Positions 52,601 through 61,179 of a stretch of DNA of 64,000 bases are shown piece by piece. The notes under the pieces were generated by a model, which worked only from the letters and a program-made list of their open reading frames with translations, did not search any database and had not been told where the DNA came from. Source of the DNA: Myxococcota bacterium (lineage in GTDB: Bacteria > Myxococcota_A > UBA9160 > JAFDDA01); the NCBI GenBank assembly GCA_965228475.1, contig OZ245817.1, positions 3,168,001 through 3,232,000 on the forward strand, in the 5' to 3' direction. Each line of letters opens with the position of its first letter. The stretch's first letter is position 1. The position numbers and the translations under genes are program-made.

Positions 52601-53310
52601 GCGTCTCCTTTCAGGGAGTCGTTCAGGAAGTCGACGAGGCGGCGCCAGGCGGCCGCAGCCGCCTCGGGGCGATGGGCCGCGGGCTGGGTGTCGTTCATGA
52701 AGGCGTGCCCGGCGCCGGCGTAGACGACCATCTCGCTCGGGTACCCGGTGGCCGCGACGCGCGCTTCGAAGGCGCGCACGTCCTCGACGGGGATCAGCGC
52801 GTCTTCGTCGCCGTACTGACCGAGCAGGGGGCACGAGAGATCGGGGGCGGCCTCCAGGGGCGAGCGCAGCTTGCGGGCGGGGTCGAGGCCGTCCGCGTAG
52901 GCGAGCATCCCGTAGAACGGGGCGCAGGCCGAGAGGCCGCGGCACGTGCACGCGGCGAGGATCGCGTACTGTCCGCCCATGCAGAACCCGGTGATGCCGA
53001 CCGGCCGCGCCGCCACCGCCTCGTGCCCGGCGAGGAAGTCGATGGCCGCCTGCAGGTCGCCGAGCACCTCGCCGTCGGAGAGCTCGGCGATCCAGGCCAT
53101 CGCCTGGGCGGGGCTCGTGATCGTCGGCGGGCCCGTTCGCCGGTAGAGATCGACGGCGAGAACGACGAACCCCTCGCGCGCGAGACGCGCAGCCAGCTCG
53201 CGGAAGTGATCGTAGAGGCCCCGGACGTCGGGGATCAGCACGACGCCCGGGTGGGGGCCGGCTTCGTCGGGGCGTGCCAGAAAACCGTCCTCGACGTCCG
53301 TCCCGGCCAT
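52597..53310 (-). CDS. Dienelactone hydrolase family protein
   Basis: GFCMGG nucleophile, YGDED, AGHAF. Confidence 0.92.
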   Translation of the reverse strand: MAGTDVEDGFLARPDEAGPHPGVVLIPDVRGLYDHFRELAARLAREGFVVLAVDLYRRTGPPTITSPAQAMAWIAELSDGEVLGDLQAAIDFLAGHEAVAARPVGITGFCMGGQYAILAACTCRGLSACAPFYGMLAYADGLDPARKLRSPLEAAPDLSCPLLGQYGDEDALIPVEDVRAFEARVAATGYPSEMVVYAGAGHAFMNDTQPAAHRPEAAAAAWRRLVDFLNDSLKGDA

Positions 53311-53318
53311 GGCGAGCC

Positions 53319-53326
53319 AGTATACT
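53319..53326. promoter_or_regulatory. Palindromic bidirectional -10 element (AGTATACT) serving two divergent, probably leaderless genes
   Basis: TATACT on each strand, each exactly 8 nt from an ATG (53310 minus, 53335 plus); 24-nt intergenic gap. Confidence 0.75.
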
Positions 53327-53334
53327 CGCGCGCC

Positions 53335-54126
53335 ATGCCCTACGAACGAGAACTCGAAGTCGCCCTCGACGCCGCACGCGAAGCGGGAGCGGCGGTCCGC
53401 CGTTTCTACGAGACCGGGACCGAGCACTGGGAGAAGTCGGAGGACAACCCCCTCACCCAGGCCGATCTCGAAAGCGATCGCATCATCGCGAAGCACCTGC
53501 GCGAGTCCTTCCCGGAGGACGGCCTGATGTCCGAGGAGACGATCGACGACAAGTCGCGCCTCGAGAAGCGCCGCGCCTGGATCATCGACCCGATGGACGG
53601 CACGAAGGAGTTCACGAAGAAGATCCCGGAGTTCTGCGTCTCGATCGGGATGGTCGAATACGGCGAGCCCGTGGTCGGGGTGATCTACAACCCGATCGCC
53701 GACGTCGCGGTCTGGGCGACGCGCGGCGGCGGCACCTTCCGCGACGGCGAGCGCGTCACCGTCTCCGCCTGCGCGGAGCTCTCCTCGGCCGTCGTGATCG
53801 CGAGCCGGACCGAGATCTCCCGCGACAAGTTCGCGCCCCACGAGGGCTGGTTCGCGAAGATCGAGCCCGTGGGCTCGATCGCGTGGAAGCTCGCCTGCGT
53901 CGCCTCGGGCGAGGGCGATCTCAACGTCTCCATGGCACCGAAGAACGAGTGGGACGTGTGCGCGGGCGACATCCTCGTGCGCGAGGCCGGCGGCGTCTAC
54001 GTCGACTTCGACGGCGCGACCCGCACCTACAACCAGGACAACCCGCTCATCGAGAGCTTCATGGCCGCCGGCTCCGCCACCCTGGTCGAGCAGTTCTGCA
54101 CGAAGGAGCGGGCGCGGACGGCCTAG
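53335..54126 (+). CDS. cysQ: 3'(2'),5'-bisphosphate nucleotidase / inositol monophosphatase family
   Basis: PLTQAD, SEE, WIIDPMDGTKEF, SRTE, WDVCAG. Confidence 0.82.
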   Translation: MPYERELEVALDAAREAGAAVRRFYETGTEHWEKSEDNPLTQADLESDRIIAKHLRESFPEDGLMSEETIDDKSRLEKRRAWIIDPMDGTKEFTKKIPEFCVSIGMVEYGEPVVGVIYNPIADVAVWATRGGGTFRDGERVTVSACAELSSAVVIASRTEISRDKFAPHEGWFAKIEPVGSIAWKLACVASGEGDLNVSMAPKNEWDVCAGDILVREAGGVYVDFDGATRTYNQDNPLIESFMAAGSATLVEQFCTKERARTA

Positions 54127-54866
54127 CGCCGCCGCAGCGCCAGGACGAGGCCCGCCAGCCCGGCCCCGACGAGAAGCAGCGACCCCGGCTCGGGGATCGG
54201 GTGCGACGTGTTCGTGAAGGTCAGGTAGGACAGGATCGGCAGCAGGTTGCCGAGCGCCAGCACGTAGGTCGGCGTGACGAGCGTGAGCGGCGCGACGCTC
54301 CCGCTCGTCGTGACGAGACCGTTTCCCGTGTTGACGAAGGCCGCGCCGGTGCTCCAGGCGCCGGCGTCGAACGTGAAGGGCGCCGAGGTGAACCCGCCCT
54401 GCCCGATCCCCGCAGCGTCGAGATTCACCGGGATCACGACGATGTTCGGCACGACGTGGACGTTCACGAAGCCGTTGATCCCCATCACACCGCCGACTCC
54501 GCCGCCCTGGTTGCAGGCCACGCCCCATCCCGGCCCGCCGCCCGGGCAGACCTCCCCCGGCGCCTGGGCGGTCACGCCCCCCGCCGAGAAGGTTCCGGCC
54601 TGGTTCGACAGGGTCATCACCGTGATCGAGGCGATCGCCGTCGTGGAAGTCACCGGAAGGATCAGATCGAACGGGAGACTCACCGCACCGGCCGGGATCG
54701 CGACGGAGCTGCCGCTGACCGAGACGGTCGTCGCGCCGCTGATCGTCAGGGGAGCAATGCCCTGCAGATTGATCCCGAGGATGACGTTCGTCTGGACGGG
54801 TGCGGCCAGGGCGGGCCCGGCGAACCCGAGCGCCGCGATCGAAGCCAGGAGCCGGAAGCGTGCCAT
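54123..54866 (-). CDS. PEP-CTERM protein
   Basis: Signal peptide; C-terminal IPEPGSLLLVGAGLAGLVLALRRR; SD AAGGAGG. Confidence 0.88.
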   Translation of the reverse strand: MARFRLLASIAALGFAGPALAAPVQTNVILGINLQGIAPLTISGATTVSVSGSSVAIPAGAVSLPFDLILPVTSTTAIASITVMTLSNQAGTFSAGGVTAQAPGEVCPGGGPGWGVACNQGGGVGGVMGINGFVNVHVVPNIVVIPVNLDAAGIGQGGFTSAPFTFDAGAWSTGAAFVNTGNGLVTTSGSVAPLTLVTPTYVLALGNLLPILSYLTFTNTSHPIPEPGSLLLVGAGLAGLVLALRRR

Positions 54867-54928
54867 GGCGACCTCCTTGCGAGACCCGGAGGCTCGATCA
54901 TCCCCCCGGCGTGCGGCCGAAGCAAGCT

Positions 54929-54946
54929 CGGCCCGGAACCGGGCCG
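54929..54946 (-). terminator. GC-rich inverted repeat directly after a stop codon
   Basis: CGGCCCGG-AA-CCGGGCCG; no U-tract. Confidence 0.3.
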
Positions 54947-55696
54947 CTAGCGTCGCTTGTGCCGCGCCTGGGCGAGCCCGGGGGGCAGGAGCGCCCCCAG
55001 GAGGATCCCGGGCGGGTCGCCCCGCCGGCAGTCCGGCCGGGGCGCCTCGCGGCGTTGGCCGGGCACGAGACAGTGACTGTCCGCCAGGTCGACGTCGCCG
55101 TCGCCGTCGTTGTCCAGGCCATCGGAACAGGCCGGGCGTTCGTCGTCGTCGAAGATGTCGCTGCAGCCGTCGTCGTGAGGGAAGTCGACCAGGCCGTCGC
55201 CGTCGGAATCGACGCCGTCGTTGCAGGCGGCGTGCTCGGCGTCGCTGTTCAGCGCGTCACACTCCGTATCGGCCAGGTCGCTGAACCCATCCCGGTCGTT
55301 GTCGATCCCATCTTCACACGCGTGGAGCTCGCTGCGGGTCCACGGCTTGCCCTGACATTCGGGATCGGCGAGATCGACGAGCCCGTCACCTTCGTTGTCC
55401 CAACCATCGTCGCAGGCATGGGGCCGGCGCGGGGGGCAGCGGATGAGGCCCTCGCAGGATTGTTCCCGGACGAGGCACTGGGGGTCCCAGACGTCGATGA
55501 GACCGTTGCCGTCATTATCGATGCCGTCGTTGCACTCGGCGGCCTCGGCGTCATCGAGGGCGCTGCGGCAGTCTGGATCGGATCGGTCGATCCGGCCGTC
55601 GCCGTCGTTGTCGATGCCGTCGCCGCACTCGGCGGCCGTTGCTGCACCCGGAACGAGCAGCACGAGGCTGCAGAGCATGAAGAAGGATCGACCCAT
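54947..55696 (-). CDS. Secreted Cys/Asp-repeat protein (6 x C.DG.DNDGDG..D..D..C), putative metal/Ca binding
   Basis: Signal peptide; six repeats visible in translation; hydrophobic and basic C-terminal tail. Confidence 0.8.
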   Translation of the reverse strand: MGRSFFMLCSLVLLVPGAATAAECGDGIDNDGDGRIDRSDPDCRSALDDAEAAECNDGIDNDGNGLIDVWDPQCLVREQSCEGLIRCPPRRPHACDDGWDNEGDGLVDLADPECQGKPWTRSELHACEDGIDNDRDGFSDLADTECDALNSDAEHAACNDGVDSDGDGLVDFPHDDGCSDIFDDDERPACSDGLDNDGDGDVDLADSHCLVPGQRREAPRPDCRRGDPPGILLGALLPPGLAQARHKRR

Positions 55697-55742
55697 GTCG
55701 ATCCTATACCACGAGCGGCCAGCGGGCGTCCAAGCGGACGCC

Positions 55743-57137
55743 TCAGCTCTCGTTGACGGCTTCGGCCATCTCCACGGCCACGCCCTTGGCGTCGCCGAAG
55801 ATCATCATGGTGTTCTCGTTGTAGAAGAGCGGGTTGTCGATCCCGGCGAAGCCCGGGTTCAGGCTCCGCTTGATCACCATGACGTGCTGGGCGAAGTCGA
55901 CGTCGAGCACGGGCATCCCGTAGATCGGGCTCGATTCGTCTTCGCGGGCGGCCGGGTTCACGACGTCGTTCGCGCCGATGATCAACGCGACGTCGGTCTC
56001 GCCGAAGTCCGAGTTGATCTGCTCCATCTCGACGAGCTTCTCGTAGGGCACGTTGGCCTCGGCGAGGAGCACGTTCATGTGGCCCGGCATGCGGCCGGCC
56101 ACCGGGTGGATCGCGAAGCGGACCTTCACGCCGCGGGACTCGAGCGTGTCCATGAGCTCGCGCACCGCGTGCTGGGCCTGGGCGACGGCCATGCCGTACC
56201 CGGGCACGATGATCGCGGAGCTCGCGGAGTTGAAGACGATCGCCGCGTCCTCGGCCGTGTAGCCCTTCACCGCCGGGCGATCGATGCCGCCCTGCTGGCC
56301 ACCCGTCTCGGCCGCCGCGCCGAAGGCGCCGAACAGCACGTTCGAGAGCGAGCGGTTCATGGCGTCGCACATGATCTTGGTCAGGATGATGCCGGCCGAA
56401 CCGACGAGCGAACCCGAGATCACGAGACCGGCGTTGCCGAGCACGAAGCCCGTCGCACAGGCCGCGAGGCCCGAGTAGGAGTTCAAGAGCGAGATCACGA
56501 CGGGCATGTCCGCGCCGCCGATCGGGATCACCGCCATCACACCGAGCACGGCCGCGGCGCCCACGAGCACGGCGAAGGCCGTCGTGTTCGTCGGATCCTG
56601 GTAGATCATCACGCCGGCGGCGATCGCCGAGAGCAGGATCGCGCCGTTCACGAACTTCTGGCCCGGGAACTGGATGGGCGCGCCGGTCATCACCTCCTGC
56701 AGCTTGGCGAAGGCGATCAAGCTGCCGGTGAAGGTGACGCCGCCGATCAGGATGCCGAGTACGATGGCCACGGGAACGACGCCGGGGCCCTGGGCGATGC
56801 TCACCCCGCCGCGTAGCAGCTCCGCGCTCGCGACGAGCGCCGAGGCGATCCCGCCGAAGCCGTTCAGCAGCGCGACCATCTGCGGCATGGCCGTCATCTG
56901 GATGCGCGTGGCCATCAGGCCGCCGACGACGGCACCCGTGATCACGCCACCGACGATCATGCCGTAGCTGACGACGCCCTGGTTCAGCAGCGTCGCGACG
57001 ATGGCGACGAGCATGCCGATCGAGGCGAGCAGGTTGCCGGACACCGCCGTCTTGGCGGCGGACATGCGCATGATCCCGAAGATGAACAGGACCGCGGCGC
57101 TCAGATACGCGAGCTGGACGATGAAGCTCGAGCCCAC
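55743..57137 (-). CDS. pntB: NAD(P) transhydrogenase beta subunit
   Basis: MTAMPQMVA, GGADMPVVISLLNSYSG, HPVAGRMPGHMNVLLAEA. Confidence 0.97.
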   Translation of the reverse strand: MGSSFIVQLAYLSAAVLFIFGIMRMSAAKTAVSGNLLASIGMLVAIVATLLNQGVVSYGMIVGGVITGAVVGGLMATRIQMTAMPQMVALLNGFGGIASALVASAELLRGGVSIAQGPGVVPVAIVLGILIGGVTFTGSLIAFAKLQEVMTGAPIQFPGQKFVNGAILLSAIAAGVMIYQDPTNTTAFAVLVGAAAVLGVMAVIPIGGADMPVVISLLNSYSGLAACATGFVLGNAGLVISGSLVGSAGIILTKIMCDAMNRSLSNVLFGAFGAAAETGGQQGGIDRPAVKGYTAEDAAIVFNSASSAIIVPGYGMAVAQAQHAVRELMDTLESRGVKVRFAIHPVAGRMPGHMNVLLAEANVPYEKLVEMEQINSDFGETDVALIIGANDVVNPAAREDESSPIYGMPVLDVDFAQHVMVIKRSLNPGFAGIDNPLFYNENTMMIFGDAKGVAVEMAEAVNES

Positions 57138-57140
57138 GGC

Positions 57141-57425
57141 CTAACCCTTCTTCCCGAACATGGCGAGCATCCGGTTCGTCACCAGGAAGCCGCCGACGCA
57201 GTTGATCGTCGCGAAGACGATGGCGAGGAAGCCGAGCCAGCTCGCGATGGTCGTGTCGCCGTGGCCGGCGGCCAGGATCGCACCGACGATCGTGATGCCG
57301 GAGATCGCGTTCGAACCCGACATGAGCGGCGTGTGGAGCAGCGGCGGCACCTTCGCGATCACGAAGAAGCCGACGAACATCGAGAGGACGAAGATGGTGA
57401 GTGCGGCACCGGGATCGGCGAGCAT
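57141..57425 (-). CDS. pntAB: NAD(P) transhydrogenase alpha subunit part 2
   Basis: VPPLLHTPLMSGSNAISG, GGFLVTNRML.MF. Confidence 0.95.
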   Translation of the reverse strand: MLADPGAALTIFVLSMFVGFFVIAKVPPLLHTPLMSGSNAISGITIVGAILAAGHGDTTIASWLGFLAIVFATINCVGGFLVTNRMLAMFGKKG

Positions 57426-58579
57426 CAGTTGGCGCCTCCTTCGACGAGGCCCCGCACGCGCTCGTTGGCGATGCGGCCCTCGTGGGTCAACAGGGCGCCC
57501 GAGGTGATCTCGTCTTCGAGATCGAGCTCGATCTTCCCTTCGTTGATCAGGTGGGTCAGGAACGTCACCAGGTTCCGCGAGTACATCTGGCTCGCGTTGA
57601 ACGGGATGGCGCTCGCGAGGTTGGTGGGCCCGTAGATCCGGACGCCATGGGCCTCGACCGTCTCGTCCGGCTGGGTCAGGGCGACGTTGCCGCCGTTCGC
57701 CGCGGCGAGGTCGACGACGACCGAGCCCTGCTTCATGCCCTCGACGGCGCTCTCCTCGAGGAGCCGGGGCGCCGGCGCACCGGGGACGAGGGCCGTCGTG
57801 ATCACGACGTCGCACTTCTTCGCGACCTCGCCGAGGAGCTCGCGCTGCTTCGCGTAGAACTCCTCGGACTGGGCCTTGGCGTAGCCGCCCGAATCCTCGG
57901 AGTCGCCGGTGTCGAGATCGAGCTCGACGAAGCGGCCGCCGACGGATTCGATCTGCTCCTTCACGACGCTGCGCGTGTCGTAGGCCTCGACGACGGCGCC
58001 GAGGCGCTTGGCCGTCGCGATGGCCTGCAGGCCCGCGACGCCCGCGCCGACCACGAGCACGCGCGCCGGCGAGATCGTTCCGGCCGCCGTCACGAGCATC
58101 GGGAAGAACTTCCCGAGCGTCGCCGCGGCGTGAAGCACCGCCTGGTAGCCCATGATCGTCGCCTGGGACGAGAGGGCGTCCATGCTCTGGGCGCGCGTGA
58201 TGCGCGGGATCAGCTCCATCGAGAACGAGGTCGCCCCCTGCTTCGCCAGCCGGCCCGCGAGCTCGGGCTGATCGAGCGGGCGCAGGAAGCCGATGAACGT
58301 GGCGCCCTGCTTCAGCTGATCGATCTCGTGACCCGCACCGGTGTCGGTGGGCGGCGAGACCTTGAGGACGAGGTCCGCGCTGCCGAGCAGGCCCGCGGCG
58401 TTCGCCTCGAGCCGCGCGCCGGCGGCCTCGTATTCGGGGTCCGTGAAGCCCGCTTCGAGGCCCGCACCGGCCTCCACGGCCACTTCGCAGCCGAGCTTGG
58501 CGAGCGCTTTCACGCCATCGGGCGTGAGCGCAACGCGGCGTTCACGCGGTGTCTTTTCCTTGGGGACCGCGACGAGCAC
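57425..58579 (-). CDS. pntAA: NAD(P) transhydrogenase alpha subunit part 1
   Basis: ERRVALTP, RAQSMDALSSQ, GAGVAGLQAIATA, SGGYAK. Confidence 0.95.
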   Translation of the reverse strand: MLVAVPKEKTPRERRVALTPDGVKALAKLGCEVAVEAGAGLEAGFTDPEYEAAGARLEANAAGLLGSADLVLKVSPPTDTGAGHEIDQLKQGATFIGFLRPLDQPELAGRLAKQGATSFSMELIPRITRAQSMDALSSQATIMGYQAVLHAAATLGKFFPMLVTAAGTISPARVLVVGAGVAGLQAIATAKRLGAVVEAYDTRSVVKEQIESVGGRFVELDLDTGDSEDSGGYAKAQSEEFYAKQRELLGEVAKKCDVVITTALVPGAPAPRLLEESAVEGMKQGSVVVDLAAANGGNVALTQPDETVEAHGVRIYGPTNLASAIPFNASQMYSRNLVTFLTHLINEGKIELDLEDEITSGALLTHEGRIANERVRGLVEGGAN

Positions 58580-58646
58580 GAACCTTTCCCTCCGCCGAGT
58601 GCCGGCGCACTATATGGCATGGGCCCCGGTCCCCCAAGGGTTTCCG

Positions 58647-59363
58647 ATGGAGAAGGCATTGGCGGCGGAGAAACTCTCGGCAGCGGCGTTCCTGCGCAAA
58701 ATGGGGCCCGGCTGGCCTTCCCGGCTGGCCCTCGACCCGGGGGCCGGAAGCGAAACGGACCGTTTCCTGTGGCTCGCTGCCTGCCTGCTGCGCGCGGGCG
58801 ACCGGCGCGAAGACCGCGTGGAGACGGCCCTCGCCGCGCTGGCCTCGGCCGGCCTCGATGCAGCGGAGAAGGTCGCCACCGGCGGGGCGAGCCTGACCGA
58901 TGCGCTCGCCGCGGCCGAACTGCGCAGGCCCGAGGTGCTCGCCGCGCAGCTCTCACGCTGTTCGGCGGCCCTGGTCGAGGGGGCCGGCGGCTCCCTCGAC
59001 GCGCTGGCCGCCGAAGGCCCCTCCCTCGAAGAACTCGGGGCGCGTCTGGTGCGCCTCGGCCCGGGCCTCGGCCCCGGCACCGTGCTGCGCTTCCTGCGCG
59101 CCCTGCGGGACCGCTGGCCGGCCGCGGACGAAACGCCGCTCGATCCGGCCGCCCTCGCGGCCGGAGCCCACCTCGGCTGGCTCGACGAGTGGGACGACCT
59201 CGAGGGTGCGCCCTCCCTGCTCCGCCGCCGGCTCGACGACGAAGCCGACGCCCCTCCCCTCCCCGCGGTGGAGGAAGCGCTCGAACGCCTGGGAAAGGCC
59301 GCGTGCCGGAAAGGCCGCGCTGCGCGCTGCCCGCTGCGCGGCGCATGCCCTGCTCGAGAGTGA
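58647..59363 (+). CDS. HhH/endonuclease III-like hypothetical protein
   Basis: HhH-like GLGPGTVLRFLR; C-terminal C-x7-CPL-x3-C (3 of 4 FeS-loop Cys). Confidence 0.55.
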   Translation: MEKALAAEKLSAAAFLRKMGPGWPSRLALDPGAGSETDRFLWLAACLLRAGDRREDRVETALAALASAGLDAAEKVATGGASLTDALAAAELRRPEVLAAQLSRCSAALVEGAGGSLDALAAEGPSLEELGARLVRLGPGLGPGTVLRFLRALRDRWPAADETPLDPAALAAGAHLGWLDEWDDLEGAPSLLRRRLDDEADAPPLPAVEEALERLGKAACRKGRAARCPLRGACPARE

Positions 59364-59372
59364 GCGCGGCGA

Positions 59373-59885
59373 CTAGCGCGGTGCCTCCCGCTCGAACCAC
59401 GCCACGTCGTGGTAGGCGCCGAACTTCCGCCCGTTCCCGGTGAAGACGCCGACGCGCTCGAAGCCCACGCGCTCGTGCAGGCGGACCGAGCGCTCGTTCG
59501 GCAGGGTCACCCCGGCGACGAGCCGGTTCAGGTCCTCCCCGCGCAGGGCTTCGAACAGCCCCTCGTAGAGCCGCGTCCCGAGCCCGGCGCCGACCCCATC
59601 GGGCGCCAGGTAGATCCCGGTCTCGGCGGTCGTCTCGTAGGCCGCCTTGGCGCGAAACGGCCCCGAGCACGCCCAGCCGAGGGGGCGCCCACTCTGCACG
59701 TCCTCGGCCACCAGCAGCCGGTAGCGGCCCGTCGCCGCGAACTGGTCGAACCACGGGCGCCGCGTCTCGACGGTGTAGGGCACGACGTCGAAGGTGATCG
59801 CCGTGCGCTCGATGTAGTGATTGATGATCGCGACGATGCCCGGAAGGTCGCGGGCCTCGCCGGGCCGGATGATCGTTTCACCCAC
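59373..59885 (-). CDS. GNAT acetyltransferase (phosphinothricin/methionine sulfoximine acetyltransferase-like)
   Basis: NHYI..TAITFD, GAGLGTRLY, LPNERSVRLHE..GF. Confidence 0.9.
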   Translation of the reverse strand: MGETIIRPGEARDLPGIVAIINHYIERTAITFDVVPYTVETRRPWFDQFAATGRYRLLVAEDVQSGRPLGWACSGPFRAKAAYETTAETGIYLAPDGVGAGLGTRLYEGLFEALRGEDLNRLVAGVTLPNERSVRLHERVGFERVGVFTGNGRKFGAYHDVAWFEREAPR

Positions 59886-59986
59886 GGGCGCCTCCCTGCC
59901 CGGGCAGCATACGACCCGGCCCCGGGCACCGCCCGCGATGTCCCGACCGCCGGAGGCTGCTATCGTGCCGCGCCGCAGGAGACCCC

Positions 59987-61078
59987 ATGAGCGACGCACC
60001 CCAGATCATCCGCAAGAAGACCGGCAACTTCCTCGAGGACTTCGAACCCGGCCAGGTGTTCCGCCACAAGGGCGGCAAGACCGTCACCGAGGGCCTGTTC
60101 ACCACCTTCACCGAGTTCAACATGACGACGAACCCCTTCGCCAAGAACGCGCGCTACGCGCGGGCGTACGGGTTCGAGGGGCTCGTCTGCCCGCCGGGGC
60201 TCGTGATGCTCGTGGCCTTCAGCCAGACGGTCGAGGACGTCTCGGAGAACGCGCGCGCGAACCTCGAGTACATCGACATGCGCTTCGGCGCCCCGGTCTA
60301 CGTGGGCGACACGATCGAGGTCGAGACCAAGGTCCTCGGCGTCCGCCCCTCCTCGAGCCGCCCGAACCTCGGCATCGTCCACGTGCAGTCGACGGCGCGC
60401 AAGAACGTCGGGAGCGAGGACGAAGCGGTCGTCGCGACCTGGCAGCGCAAGGTCCAGGTCTACAAGGACGACATGGACGCGGATCTCCACGCCGGCGAGA
60501 TCGCGCCCGACGAGGTCGCCTGCGATCTCTGGCTTCCGGAGTACGACGCCTCGGCCGACTACAAGGCCCTGGCCCACCTCTCCGCCCCCGACAGCTACTT
60601 CGAGGACCTCGAGCCCGGGACGCGCATCGAGCACTCGCGCGCGCGCACGATCACCGACGAGCACATCTACCTGACGGCGATCCTCGACAACACGAGCCAG
60701 GTCCACTGCAACCAGAACATGATCGACCGCAACCCCGACCAGTACGTCGGCGGCCAGCTGATCATCTTCGGCGGCATCCCGTTCGTGCTGTGCCTCGGCC
60801 TGTCCTGCCCGGACGTCGGCGACAACGCCCTCGGCGACGTGGTCTACACGACCGGCCGCCACACGGCCCCGCTGTTCGCGGGCGACACGGTCTACGCCGC
60901 GACGGAGATCCTCGCCAAGAGCGACCACCCGAGCCGCGAAGACCTCGGCATCGTCGAGACCCGCCTGCTCGGCCACAAGTTCGTGCGGGACGAGTCCGCC
61001 GAGGACGGCTGGAAGAAGGTCGACATCTTCACGCTCGACCGCCAGATCGCCGTCAAGCGCCGCTCGCACTACGCCTGA
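59987..61078 (+). CDS. Double MaoC dehydratase, mesaconyl-CoA (2-methylfumaryl-CoA) hydratase-like
   Basis: GNFLEDF..GQ; DVSENARANL.Y; YFED; NTSQVH; HTAPLFAGDT. Confidence 0.78.
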   Translation: MSDAPQIIRKKTGNFLEDFEPGQVFRHKGGKTVTEGLFTTFTEFNMTTNPFAKNARYARAYGFEGLVCPPGLVMLVAFSQTVEDVSENARANLEYIDMRFGAPVYVGDTIEVETKVLGVRPSSSRPNLGIVHVQSTARKNVGSEDEAVVATWQRKVQVYKDDMDADLHAGEIAPDEVACDLWLPEYDASADYKALAHLSAPDSYFEDLEPGTRIEHSRARTITDEHIYLTAILDNTSQVHCNQNMIDRNPDQYVGGQLIIFGGIPFVLCLGLSCPDVGDNALGDVVYTTGRHTAPLFAGDTVYAATEILAKSDHPSREDLGIVETRLLGHKFVRDESAEDGWKKVDIFTLDRQIAVKRRSHYA

Positions 61079-61082
61079 GGCA

Positions 61083-61100
61083 GTTTGCCTCCGGGCAAAC
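61083..61100 (+). terminator. Hairpin just downstream of the hydratase gene
   Basis: GTTTGCC-TCCG-GGCAAAC; no U-tract. Confidence 0.35.
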
Positions 61101-61140
61101 CGCCTCGACAACTTTGGACGCATCGATCGCCGTTTGATTC

Positions 61141-61177
61141 GGACCTAGCCTGGGTGGTGTCGCAACCCAGGAGGTCC
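61141..61177 (+). promoter_or_regulatory. 5'UTR stem-loop sequestering the Shine-Dalgarno
   Basis: GGACCT-(AG)-CCTGGGT pairs with ACCCAGG-AGGTCC; AGGAGG (61169-61174) lies wholly in the 3' arm. Confidence 0.55.
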
Positions 61178-61179
61178 AT

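Noticed and set aside
61093..61170. Possible c-di-GMP-I riboswitch (GGGCAAACC...GGACGCA)
   Set aside because: The segment between the two words (CCGCCTC-GACA-ACTTTG) cannot form the P2 stem, the AAAGC continuation is missing, and GGCAAAC is already explained by an upstream hairpin. An Infernal scan would settle it.
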